A stretch of 64,000 nucleotides of DNA from Lama glama. Lineage: Eukaryota. Location: NCBI GenBank assembly GCA_028534125.1, contig CM052816.1:98396001-98460000 (forward strand), given 5' to 3'. The translations under genes and the position numbers were made by a program. The notes under the pieces were generated by a model, which made no database searches, was not told where the DNA came from, and saw only the letters and a program-made list of their open reading frames with translations. Shown in pieces: positions 12,150 to 24,273 of this stretch (the first letter of the stretch is position 1; each line of letters begins with the position of its first letter).

Positions 12150-12800
12150 GTGTCACCAAGAGGTTAAAATGGGGGAGTGGATCATTGTCCGAGCCCAGCA
12201 GGGTGCGTGGAGAGAGCGGTGAGTCCCAGCTGCCCCCTGTCCGAAGCCGGGGTGGGGAGGGGGGTTAGGCAGCGGCAGGAGGGGCAGTCCAGCCAAAGGG
12301 GCAGCGTGGAAGCCCCACCCCAGCCCAGCACGCCGGCTGGCCACCCGCACCCGGGGCAGGGCAGGTAGCCCTGGTGTCCCTGGGAGTCCGGATTTAGTGC
12401 AAGCTCCCTCACGGTGCTGAGGCTGCTGCCCGCTTTGAGAAGCTTCTTGACAGAAGGTTCCCACCTGGGCTCCCATCTCGGCTTCTCCACTGACCTGCTT
12501 GTGGCCTCAGGCAAGACACTTGCCCTGACCCTTCGCCTGTGTGTAAAGTGACTAACAGAGAGGCCGTGTTCTAGAGTGTGTGTGAGGAGCCGGTGAGGTG
12601 ACGCAGGCCAGGCGCTCCGTGCGGGTCTGGCGCGTGGACGGGGTCAGAACGCGGCCTGCGCTCCTCAGTCTTGCTGACGCGCTTGCAGGACCGCCGCGCC
12701 GCCTGGGCTCCCACAGCAGCGTCCTGGAGGCTCGGGGTGCTGCTGGGCGGAGCCTGCACGCCGGCCACGGCCCCTCACTGCCGTCCTGGGTCTGAGCTCC
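12150..12800. other. GC/CpG-rich island-like segment
   Basis: Visibly high GC and many CpGs compared with the AT-rich flanks. Confidence 0.7.
12465..12650 (+). mobile_element. MIR SINE relic, strongly GC-shifted
   Basis: 'ctgggctcccatctcggcttctccactgacctgcttgtggcctcaggcaagacactt...gtgaggagccggtgaggtgacgca' is collinear with the MIR consensus as recalled. Confidence 0.65.
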
Positions 12801-13044
12801 ACATGAAGGGCGACTGTTTGGTACAAAATCACTTTGAAACCAGACAAGTGACACCCAAGATGGGATTAAATCTTCCTTCCAACTACTGAGCCTCCTCGTG
12901 GGCCTCCCTGAGGATACGCTGCAAACTGAGGGAGACAGCCCGCTCCCCTCGGCATGATTGTGACAAGCACAGGGATCTCGCCGAAGGTCAGTTTATTATT
13001 TGTCAGTTTCATCCTCTTGTGAGGTCATCAGAAGATGTATGACG

Positions 13045-13165
13045 GCCTACCCTAATCCTGTATGACCTCATCTTAACGTCACTGATCTCACATATAAAGA
13101 ACCTGTTTCCCTAAGAAAGGTCACATTCTGAGGTTCCAGGCAGACATGTACCGGGGAGAACCCCG
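13045..13165 (-). mobile_element. MaLR LTR 5' fragment (MLT1C-like)
   Basis: 'ccctaatcctgtatgacctcatcttaac...aaggtcacattctgaggttccagg' is the reverse complement of the MLT1B/C 5' part. Confidence 0.75.
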
Positions 13166-13179
13166 TGTAAGCCGGTACG

Positions 13180-13345
13180 CCCGCTTCGCGCCTCCAGAAG
13201 GAACGCTGCCTTGCCAGCACCTGGATTTTCATCCAGTAAGAACCATCCTGTCCTTTGGCTTGCAGAACTGTGACACAGGGAATCTGGGTCGTCCAGGCCA
13301 CTAAATCTTGGTAACTTTTTCCAGCACTTGTGGGAAGTTGTAGGT
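13180..13345 (+). mobile_element. MaLR LTR 3' fragment (MLT1D-like)
   Basis: 'gcctccagaaggaacgctgccttgccagcacctggattttcatccagtaagaacc...cagaactgtga...gccactaaat'. Confidence 0.75.
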
Positions 13346-16000
13346 CACCCAGGCTGGGGTCACTGGGTTTGTCTGTTTGGCAGCCACACACGTACCATTC
13401 ATCCTGTGCTCTCTGCCTTCACAGAGGACATTGTGTTCTTAAACATGACAGAATCACATAATTCACCACCCGTGGTCTGTAATCAGTCCTAGGAAAGGGC
13501 TCAGTGAAGTTCTGTCAAGTTACCCTTTGCCTCCACTCTTGTTCAAGTGTGAACGGCGCCATTACTACCATATGCTGCACTGCTCAGAGACCATGAAGCT
13601 GGCTATAAACCTTTACCATCCTCAGAGCATCTCAGATTTGATACACCGAGTACTCAGCTCTGACCCCCACACACGTGCTCTCACTCTCTTTCATTACAGC
13701 CTCCCCCATCGTGGTGAACAGTGGCAGCAAAGTGGGAGATTTTTCCTTTCTCACAGCCTAATCTGAGCAGTTCAGATGATATGTATGGACAGCTTCCTGA
13801 CTTCACACACGAGACCAGTGTAGCTGCACAGAATAGCTGTGGCTGGACCATCACCTGCCAGGAACAGACATGCCCATACGCACCTTTAAAAGGAACAGTC
13901 CCACGTTTATAGTTGCTGCTGTGACGACACCATCCCATCCTGCCCATTCTTTTCCACCCAGGCTGTTCCTGCGTCTCAGTGCAACCAAGGGATTTTTTTT
14001 TTTTTAAAGCCAGCAAACAAATTACACAACAGCGGGAGAGGAGGAGAGGAAGGCCAGCACTGGGCGGGGACTCTGAGTTTGACAGATGTGGTCACATTGT
14101 CGTGCAGGCTGGTTTGATGACTGTACCCCAGAACTGCCTGAGAACACTTGGGACTGAGGTCCTTAGAAGATGGCCAAGTGCTGTAAATTAGTCTAGTATT
14201 TGTCTAATGGCATGTCCAAACAATCGATGCTGGGTCCTTGTCTTTTAGTCCTCAATTTAGAATTTCCATCTCATGTTATTTCCTTGAAATTTGAGGATTA
14301 TGATAGAGAATTATCATATGTCCTTTCAATACAAAACTGTTTATACTTTAAAATGCATTATATCTCTTTCAAAAATCAGGGGAAATAAATTAGGAAGAAC
14401 GAAGGCATGGTGCTGTTAGGAGCTAAGTCAATTTTTGTCTCAGAATTTTTGACATTTATATATATATATATGACATATGTATGACACATATATTTATGGC
14501 ATATATATGTAAAGAGATGGCAGCATGCTGTGTGTATTTCTGACACATGTCACAGATATTTTCTTGTTGGAAAAATCCCACATTGCTGTGTGTTCAGGTT
14601 CAATGAATTTCTATATTAAGCCCTGCAAATGAGATCAAAACTCTTACCAAATTAGCAAATGCAGAGCAGTGGATAAATTTCACTTTTTACATGGTCTCTT
14701 GGGAGACTCCTGAGCATTTTAATATGAAATGAGGAGCAAGATCACCTCCACAGTGAACCCGATCAGCTGTTGGGTCCCTACCAAAGCACATGATAATATC
14801 CATCTGTGGTGGATTAACGGTCCGGTTGGCTTTATTGTGCAGAAAGGAATGAGGCAAGTCATAGGCAACGGCTCAGGGCTCCGGAAGACAGTGCAGTCGG
14901 TGCCCCGTGGGCGCTGCAGTCTGCACTTTACCTCGTGTGTCCACACGATTCCCAGTCCACTGAGTGAACAAGTGACCTTCACTGCACAGCATACCCCTGG
15001 CCCTGGAAGGTTCCCTGGGCTGGGGTCCTTCTGAGGCAAGATGGTTGTGAAACGAAAGTCTAGGGCCAACTGCAATGCACGTCCATACCGGTGCCTTGAG
15101 GCTGTGAGTGTAGGATCAGGTGACAAAAATGAATGTCACCATGCTTGCCTGACTCAAAGCAGCTTAGCGTGCTGAAAGATTGTCGAGGCCAAGGCTCACG
15201 TGGTACCAGCTGGCTTCTCAGGCGGGGGTCTCCTAATGCTGGAGTGACAGGCTATCAGTGGCGCCACTTTACAGGGAGATGGTCCAGGGGAGGTGTCAGC
15301 CACACCCCTCCAGGTGGTCTGTGCCCTGGGCCCCAGCCAGGTGTGGCGGGGAGTCGGGAACAGAGAGCTGACAGCTGCCCCTGCTGCTTGCTGTCCTTTA
15401 TGGGGGCATTGGCACCTGTTTTTGAATCTTGTTCCTCTTTTCTAAGAAAGGAATGACATTACTCTCCCTGACTATCCTCTACCTAATTATTTTCCCAATC
15501 TACTTATTTGTTACCTCCCTAACTAAAAGTCACAGGAAAATACATTAACAATTGTGAATGTCTCTGCCAATGTGAAGTGAAGTATTACTACCTCTGCATT
15601 CGTATCTCAAAAATAAAAATAAAAACCCTCCCCTCTTCTATCAGTAAGTCAGAGCTGACAGTCCCCACTTCTTGGACTCTTAGGAGAATCCAGTCATAGA
15701 TCAATCCATCCCGTCACCCCAGGTTACCGAGCCCCGTGTTGCGTGGGAGCCAGCGAGCTCCCTTCCCTCCTCTCTGACCGTGTGGGAGGCACAGGCGACT
15801 GAGGACGTCATCAGAGCTCACATTCGTGCAGGTGAATGTGCTGATGACTTTTTGACACCCCAGGATGTCTCTGATCACTTTAAAAGATATACTAAGTATC
15901 CAGGAATACTTTTCACCAAAATTAATTTTAATTTGCATTTAGAAGAGATTGGCAGGCCAGGCTCAAAGTGGACCCATTAGATCCGCTCATCAAAAGTGGT

Positions 16001-16132
16001 TGGTGAAAAAGAATGTGAAGATGAATACATGCATGTTCACGTATAACCGGAGCATTCTGCTCTACACCAGAAATTGACACACGTTGTTGACTGACTATAC
16101 TTCAATAAAAATACACACACACACACACACAC
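16001..16132 (+). mobile_element. 5'-truncated lineage-type L1 3' end with (AC)n tail
   Basis: 'tggtgaaaaagaatgtgaagatgaata...ctacaccagaaattgacac...ctatacttcaataaaa'. TSD aaagtggt at 15993-16000 and 16133-16140. Confidence 0.9.
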
Positions 16133-16896
16133 AAAGTGGTCGGGAGAAGGGTCTTTAAAACATCGCTAACATTAATCTCAAGCCTTGTCTCGGGAGACCC
16201 ACAGCGCAATCCAGGTATTGATCTCGCCGATCTTCGTAAAACACCTTGGGGAAGGAGGAAGGCAGGCCCTGGTTTTATTTTCTGATTCAGATAGGAGAAA
16301 ATCAAGGGCAGGACCCAACAGGGCGGGGCTGCCCTGGGGCTTCTGTGGAGACTGGGGTCCATCCTCGGGGCTCTTCTGGACAGCGTGCTGCCCCAAACCT
16401 GGTCGTGGTAGCTCCTGAATATTCATGAGATCCAGCCACTTACCCTCGGCGAAGCAGACCCGTTGGTGCCTCCACAGCTTCCAGGCTTTTAAGTTCGACT
16501 TCGACATCATTCAGTCCTTTGATTGTTACTATTTTTTTAAGGTAACACTGTTTATAGAAGAGCCCAAAAGCTTAAATAATCTGTGGATGGCAGCGGGAAA
16601 TTAAAAGATTCTGAATTTATGCTTACAAAGTGGGAGGCATCTGCTCTCAGGAAAACAAAGGGCTGTAAATACCAACGTTAGACAAGAATTGCTGCCTTTC
16701 CTCCCCGAGCCGGGCATTTCCGACCCGGGGATTTAATGATCAGCAAGACAGGTTCTGCCAATTAGTCCTCTACCCGTGGAATATGGCGGCTTTATTATTT
16801 CCAAGACTTTAATGTCTAATTATTTACAGAACATTTAGTTGAGGGCAGAGAGACCGTGAAAGAGGCTCATGACCTTCAGGCTCTTTGGAAAGCAGA

Positions 16897-16916
16897 CTTC
16901 CCAGCAGGGGGAGCCT
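16897..16916 (+). promoter_or_regulatory. Candidate CTCF site
   Basis: CCAGCAGGGGGAGC (16901-16914) closely matches the CTCF core CCASYAGRKGGCRS. Motif only. Confidence 0.3.
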
Positions 16917-17332
16917 GAACAGACCTGCTCGCAGGAAACCGCAGTAGTTTTTCTTTCAAACCACTGCACAGCTTCAGACTTGATTATCTCCCGGCCGTGG
17001 CAGAGGGGAGATGCCGGGCAGACCCCATGGCTGTTACTGTGCGACTCTGATTTTTCATCACGAGTGTTTCTCAGTGTCACGTTCATCGTTGCTGTCAAGT
17101 ACCAATCAAAGCACACACAGACAGCATATATTTAAAGGTTTGGGAGCTGATGTTTGCCAGACCCTCCTATTCTCAGCTAAGTAGACGTGCTCTCTACGTG
17201 TGGGGGGGAATGGTGCAGCGAATAGACACATAATTTTTCTATGTGCTCAAGATTATTTGCCAATTAAAACCTCGAAGTGTGAGCGAAAGAGCAAGGAAGG
17301 TGGAGGGAGAGATATGGCTGTGATCAGGGATA

Positions 17333-17987
17333 TTTTTAACGTCTTTATTGAGTTACAATCTGCATATCATACAGTTCACTCATGTGAAGTGTGCAATTCC
17401 ATGGTTTTGGTATATTCACAGATGTGTGCAACCATCATCAGAGTCAATTTTAAAACATTTTCATCACCTCAAAAAGAAAATCCATACCTTTTAGTTATCA
17501 CCCCTCCTCTCCACCCCCACCCCCATCCTTTGCTAACCCCTAACCTACTTTCTGTGTCTATAGATTTGCAGATTCAGGACGTTTCATATGAAAGGAATCG
17601 TATAATATGTGTTCTTCTGTGACTGGCCCCTTGCATTTAGCATAATATTTTCAAGGTTCACACACATTATACCATGTATCAGGGCTCCGTTCTTTTTTAT
17701 GGCTGAATAATATTACATCATATGGATGGACCACCTTTTGTTTATCCATGTGTCCACTAATGGACATTTGGGTTGCTTCCTCTTTTTGAGTATTATGAAT
17801 AATGTTGTTATAAATATTAGTGTTCAACTTTCTGGGTGGGTATGTGTCTTCATTTCTCCTGGATATGTACCCACGTGTGGGACTGGCGGGTCCCCTGGTA
17901 GTGCTATGTTTAATTATTTGAGGAAATGCCAGACCATCTTCCAGAGCAGCTGCACATTTTGCACTCCAATCAGCAGTGTACGGGAGA
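17333..17987 (-). mobile_element. LINE-1 3' fragment (L1MB-like)
   Basis: 'ctttattgag...ggtatattcacagatgtgtgcaaccatca...ttttatggctgaataatatt...ttccagagcagctgcacattttgcactcc'. Confidence 0.9.
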
Positions 17988-18304
17988 CCTGATGGCTCAT
18001 TCAGGCTTGCATGTTCTTTCACACCTTGCAGGCTGCACCACCCATCCTTGGCCATCCCGAGCTCTCTGAGTGGGGGTAGGGCCACCATGCAGCAGCTCCC
18101 TTTGTCCTCCTCTTCAGCAAACTCCCTGTACAGATTTGACAGTAGTGCTACAAGTGAGCCCCAACGCTGGCCTGGAGAGGCTCGCCCACTGGGCACGAGA
18201 CAGTGGACCCGGTGGTCACTCCATTTCAGGTAAAGGGCTACACCTGGTCCCACACATCACCTGATTTGCCAGGGCTGCCTCACTTCTCTCCTCTGAGTGG
18301 CTCT

Positions 18305-18480
18305 GTGAGATGCAGCAGAGCACAGGCTTCGGGGGAGCAGAACTTCCTTCTGATTCCAGAAGGGCCAGTTCTATCTGTGTAACAGGGCTGCTGATTCACC
18401 CCTCTCAGCCTTACTTACCTCATCTACAAAAATGCTGGAACAAAAATAAAAGAGCACCATGGCTGACACGAGGTAGCTGT
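18305..18480 (+). mobile_element. MIR SINE relic
   Basis: 'agagcacaggcttcggg...cccctctcagccttacttacctcatctacaaaa'. Confidence 0.55.
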
Positions 18481-18875
18481 CCATCCCTGTGGGTCTCCCT
18501 CCATCCCATAGGATGAATATGAGGTCATGGAATCCAGTCCTAACTTATTCAACCCACTCAATGGAAAGGAGAAAGGCTGGGACTCACCTTCTGATATTTT
18601 AATTCAAATTCTAATGATCATTTCTGTTGCATCAGTGTTGGGCTTTCTCATTAAATATGAGGAAACTCAGGGCTCTGGTGGATTCCTAATTAAGTTATCC
18701 ATTGCATCCTCTCCTTCAGCACTGAGATGGCTGTCTCTCCTTGTAGTGTTAAAATGCTGCCGTGTCAGCTGTTTTGTGCTTATCATTGTGCGTGTATTAC
18801 GTGTTTTGCAGTAGTTGCCAGTCTTGCTTCGGTAATAGTAAAATGCATACTTTTGGCATCTACCGATCTAGACAG

Positions 18876-19034
18876 CAGAGGTTGGGAAATGTTTTCCATA
18901 AAGGGCCAGATAGCAAATAGTTTCATTCTGGTGGCCCTTATGTTCCGTGCGTTTACTCAGTTCTGCTGTAGCAGGCGAAAGCAGACGTGGGCAATGGGTG
19001 AGCCGCAGGCATGGGTGGGCGGTGCGCACCCCTG
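18876..19034 (-). mobile_element. hAT-Charlie MITE (MER58A-like), internally deleted
   Basis: Termini cagaggttggga...cacccctg. Internal 'taaagggccagatagcaaata' and 'gcgaaagcag'. Confidence 0.8.
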
Positions 19035-20203
19035 ACCGAGAGGAACATCGGGATTCCATGGCAGCCCTTGGACACCGGGGAAGTGGTCAGCTGGGGTAGA
19101 GACACCTCCCTCTCTGCAGACAGAGTTTTTTTTTTAATTTTACTATTTTATTTGTGAAAATAAACTACAAGCAGAATTTATAAACAGACATCTCTGTTTA
19201 AATCAGGGAAATGATACAGTGGCTTCTAATAACATAGTCATGCCCATGCCAGTAACAGGAATATATTAACATCTTTTATTTGCTAGAAAAGAGCAATGTC
19301 CAATATTAATGTCCCCCCAAAATGTAAGACCTCCATAAAGAACGTGGGCAGAGCAGTGTGGTTGTGGTGACATCACCATCCTCCCATCTGCCTACAGAGT
19401 CATTGCTGATAATTTCCTTGAAGCCCAGGTCAGAAGCCGAAGGTCAAAGGTGATGGATGAGGACTGTGAGGATGGCAGTTGATAAGCGAGTCACTAAAAT
19501 GAACTCCAGAGAGGGGCACATTTGTCCAGTATATTGAGGCTGGCCCTGTGGTCTTGCCAGGAAGAGTCACATCAAGTGTGACTAGAGCAGAACACTGTCT
19601 CCCAGACGAAGAAGGAAGCCAGCAGTCTGAGATAGACTCAGGGAGGTGAGGGAGAAATAGGAGAGGAAGAGGTTCCCATGAGGATGCGAGCAGCCCTTTT
19701 CCAAGGAAGACCAAGCTGGAGGACTGACTGAAGCTCAGAGAGATGGCCTTCGGTGTGTCCTCACCTCCTAGAGTGGAACCCAAATCTCCAAGACTAGGTC
19801 ACAGGAACAGTGGGACCAGCATGGACACGGTCTTGGGATGGTGTGTAAAATCTGGTGATCCTTTCTGGGCAGCATTAGGTGGTTCAACTGATGGCACCTT
19901 CTAGTCAATATTCCTTCAGATTGGGTGGTTTCCTTGGGGTCTGGTTGGGAGTGTGATCTTGTGAACATCAAGGCCACATTCTTTGCATCACTAACTGAGC
20001 AGACACCTATTGGGTACCTCCTCTTGCCCAACACTGTTCTGTGTCTTGGATCTCCTGGCACAAGAATTGCATACATGGCAAGACTCAGCACCAAATAAGA
20101 GTTATGGCACAGCATCCTGCCAGATCAGTCAGTCTGGGAATTTCATCTTGAAGGTAAATCGTTTGGACAAAGGGGACCTAAGGAGACAACATTACAGCCT
20201 TGG

Positions 20204-20706
20204 TGCATCAGTCATACAGTGTGCGTAACAAATCTCCCCCAAACATAGAGGCTGAAACAGGTCCTACCTCAGTTTCTGTGGCTCGGGAATCTGGGATGGG
20301 CTTAGCTGCATGGTCCTAGCTGAGGCTTTTTCCCTTGGCTGCTTTCCATCTCTAGGCTGGGGAAGTCATCATCTCAGGACTCAGCTGGGGCTGCTTCTGA
20401 ATTCACTCCCAGGACTGATGGCAGACCTCAATCCACCACTGGCTGTAGGTCAAGGACTTGCTCACTCCCTCAGGCACTCAGGACAAGGCAGCCAGCTGTC
20501 CCTGGAGCAAGCAGCCTAAGACGGGGAGAACCTGGGATGAGACCCTGAGCCATTTTGTAACCTGGCTTGGGAAGTGTCATCATTGCTTCTCCATGTGCTG
20601 CTGACCACACAGACCAACCTCGGCATGATCCAGGAGAGGACTCCCAGGGGTAGGAAAGCAAGGAGGCAGGCTTCACTGCGGGCCGTCTTGGAGGCTGGCT
20701 GCCACC
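20204..20706 (-). mobile_element. Solo MaLR LTR (MLT1F-like)
   Basis: 'gcgtaacaaatctcccccaaac...gtttctgtggctcgggaatctggg...cttggaggctggctgccac'. Flanks cttgg and ctagg form an imperfect 5-bp TSD. Confidence 0.85.
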
Positions 20707-20896
20707 CTAGGACAGCATCAGAATTAACCCACCTCCGGGCAGCTCCCAGGCCCAAATGCAAGGAGGGATCAGGATGCTTGAGAGCAGATGGAGAGGGTTC
20801 GTGTCTCAGGAAACAGGGGCAACTTACCTGCTGGGCAATCCCTAGGGCTGAGCTGAAGGGCAGCCTGCTATCCCTGTGCATCCGGGGAGATGTGCT

Positions 20897-20916
20897 CACA
20901 CACACACACACACACA
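20897..20916. repeat. (CA)10 microsatellite
   Basis: Read directly. Confidence 0.9.
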
Positions 20917-22202
20917 TGCCCCAACATGAGTGTGCAGTGACAGCGATGAGAAAACACCTACAGGTGTGTGGACTGTGCGTGTGATGAGGGAGGGAAGTTC
21001 ATAAGAAGAACAGAAATTGGAGCAAAGGGAACTAACCTGTTAGGAAAACTCTAAGACACTGCTTACAGTTAGGGGGAAAATTACACGTGCCAGTTACAGG
21101 CAGAGCAGACAACGCGGCGCAACAGGTGCAGGAGAGAAGTAAGCGCCGCTTGGCGAGCTCACCTGGAGCACAGAAGCCGGCGTCTCTCTGCGTCAGACAG
21201 GTCCTCTGGCTTTTTGATAATGAGTGTCTGAATAATCATGCTCCTTAAAACCCACAGATGGCTGGTTCCTGGGGAACAGATCAAATGCGAGCCTTTAAAA
21301 TAGGTGTGAACATCCCAGACAGCCGTGTATGAATTATCTCCTGCTGAACGAAACAGCCACTTTCCGCAACCTGGTGCCTTGATCTCCCTCTGAACCTGCA
21401 GCAGGGAGATGGAATGGGAGATACACACTCTGTTGGGGGTAAAACCAGGATGAGCTTCTTCTGAGGGCTACACACACTGCGTCTCTGTTCCCAGAGCAGC
21501 ACAAAGAAGCCACACGCATCAGCGGGTCATTTTCACTAATGTGTCCCCACAGACGATGCTCAGAAGAAGGATCATCGTGGATGGAACCTCGGACACCAGG
21601 AGAAGCCCACTGGGGTCGGGGTGGGGATCCAGGCAGATCTCGGCAAGTGCCTCAGGCACAGTTACCAGAACTTTCTCTATGAAATAGCCGCCTGTGAGTG
21701 GGGGTGGGGGGCAGGGGGAGGGCACTGAGTGTTGTGAACGTCAGGTCAAAGTTGATGTCGTCTTCAGGCAGATTCATCGTTCCCCAGAGCATGCAATTCA
21801 AAGTTCCGAAAAGCCTCCCCCCCATGTTAGAAACTGGCTCAGTGTAACAGTATCCATTTCCTTCTTGTTTCCATCAACAGTAGCCATTCTCAGGCGAAGC
21901 AGGAACCACATTCTCTTCTCAATCATTCAAATCTGCCATCAGTTCCTGGAAATGAACACACAAAAAACTTGACAACTGGTGGAGAGATAAATGGGATGGA
22001 AAACTCTGGGTGGGGTTTGGGAGAATGCACTGTAGGTGGAAAATAAAGAGGCTATAAGGATCCAGGGATACAAGGGAATCCCAACAAGAGGTGGAGGCAG
22101 CCCTTCATACAAAAGACCGCAGAATCCAAATTTCAAACTCAATCTGGGAATTTCCTCATCTAAAACCAGTAAGCACTCCTCCAGCAGTGGATTGTATAAA
22201 GC

Positions 22203-22380
22203 CAAGAGTCCCAAATTTTGGTGCACCGTCTAATTGCCTGAGGGACCTTTAAAAATTGCAAGACTCTAGCCCTAGAGATGATCACATAGTAGGTTTGAGA
22301 TAGGATCCAAGTATGCACACTGTTAGCAGATACTCTGGGTGTTTGAAGTATGGGGTCCAAGGATTCCACTTAAACACGTT
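22203..22380. mobile_element. hAT-Charlie MITE relic (MER5A-like)
   Basis: 'cccaaattttggtgcaccgtctaattgcctgagggacctttaaaaatt...agagat...gtaggtttgagataggatccaagtat' resembles the MER5A layout. Confidence 0.45.
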
Positions 22381-23905
22381 CGATTTGGCGGGGGGGGAGA
22401 AAAAAAAAAGACATCTGAATGAGTTTGATGGGATGTTGTGGTCAAAACTTCCAGACAAAAATGTGCAGAGAAAGTACTGTGGTTATCCAGTGAATTATTG
22501 GATTTGGAAGACTCTGAAGTCTCATCACACCTTGGGTCAAATCCAGAGCATGTTGTTTAAAAACTCAGAAACACATCTGCATAATTCAGGCCAAGCCATG
22601 TTGAGCCATCGTCCTTGTCCTGTGCATCATTTTAGCTGTGGGAATAAAATGCTCACGTACACAAGCTCCATTTCTTTGGAATTAGACACATTCTTCATGC
22701 TTAGCATTTTACAAAAGTCTTTCAATGTGCAGTTGTGCAATTGTGCTTGGCATTACTTCTGGATGCAGTCCCACTCCCTCTCAGTGACAGCTGTTAACCG
22801 TCCAAGAGAGGAAAGTCCCAAAGGCTGTTCCAGGATAAACCCTGCTGTAGTAACTTCCCTCGGTTATGAATAAAATGAAAGATAATGCAGATACCACGAC
22901 AGTGAAAAACAGCCTCGCTGGCAGTGGAACTGTGATGCTCTCAAGCGAGCATAAACGACGTTCAGAGAGTATAAACGATGTCAGGGTAAGGCCACTCCGT
23001 GACCACACAGGGATCAAGAGACAGACAGATGCCACTCTCATGCCAGCAAACCACTGCACACCCCTCTTCCAGCGTGAGTGGCGCTGCCCCATCATGATGG
23101 GTCCCTGCACAGGTAAACCACCTGTGCTCAAGCCTTAATCTCAGGTTCCGCTTTAGAATGAACCCAAAGAGGAAGACAGTCAAAATCCCCACCTGTTCGT
23201 ATGGGTGAGTCAGAAGTGCCAAAATAGTTTATACCGAAAGGGCAAAACAACCAACATTTGCTTTCAACCCGTGGATTTACTGACCTTCCAGAATTTAGAG
23301 CTTCTGGATTCTTTGCAATAAAACTCTGCCAGGTCATTACACACAAGAAATCATGCTTTTTCTTACTGAAGCTGGTAGAGAAAGGGAACAGAAAAATTAG
23401 ACATAAATATGAAAAGGAATCTAACAAATGAAAAGACATTCATGTGTACTTATTACCAACCAAAGAAAAGTAGATAGTGAATATTTAATGTTCATGATGA
23501 CCAGGTTTTACTGCTGTTTCTGAATACATGATGTAGATATAACCCTGAGATTTGCCTAAATCATAAATTTATAAAATGTACAGAATCACTGGGGTATTTT
23601 CTGTCGGGCTGTAATTGCTCACTGGTTGATATTTCACGTCTAATTAGCTTGTTTTTTGGGGGGTTGGAGAAACCTCTGAGCAGCCACACAGGCTGGAAAA
23701 CGTATTTATTTATGTGCATTTACATTTCAAAATGAAAAGGTCATATGATAAAAATGGTGGATCTTAACAAGCTCTGCCTAATTCCATATTTTATCATCTT
23801 TTGAAATATCCCAGGAGTGAACACCAAGGAAACTCTTAATGTTTATGATTGTGATGATTTATGTTGTAAATTAAAATGATTCTCTTCATTTTAAACCACT
23901 TATTT

Positions 23906-24273
23906 GCCAAAATTCCTGTGCTGAAGCCCTAACCTCTTAAAGTGACTGTATTTGTTGATAGGGTCTTTAGAGAGATAATTAAGGTTAAATAAGGTCATAT
24001 TAATTTGATAGGACCAGTGTCCTTATAAAAAGAAAAAGAGGCACTAGAGCTCTCTCTCTCTCTCTCTCTCCAAGTGCACAGCAAAGCCATGTGAAGGCAC
24101 AGCAAGAAGGGGACATCTGCACACCAGAAAGAGAGCTCGTTCCTGGAACCAGCCCTACTGGGCACCTTGAACTTAGACATTCAGTCTCCAGAACAGTGAG
24201 AAAATAAATGTGTGTTGATTGGGCCACCCAGCCAGCGGGATTGTGTCATGACAGCCTGAGCTGGCTACGATAC
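23906..24273 (+). mobile_element. MaLR LTR (MLT1A-like) containing a (CT)n tract
   Basis: 'aaaattcctgtgctgaagccctaacc...aattaaggttaaataaggtcat...ggcaccttgaacttagacattcagtctccagaacagtgagaaaataaat'. Confidence 0.9.

Noticed and set aside
17651..18253. 200-aa minus-strand ORF
   Set aside because: Its second half reads through a decayed L1MB fragment, and it has a non-ATG start.
22313..22873. 186-aa ORF
   Set aside because: Begins in a MER5A-like relic, crosses an A-run and has no recognisable homology.
22947..22985. Imperfect ~20-bp tandem duplication (gagcataaacgacgttcaga / gagtataaacgatgtcagg)
   Set aside because: Only two units; an ordinary local duplication.
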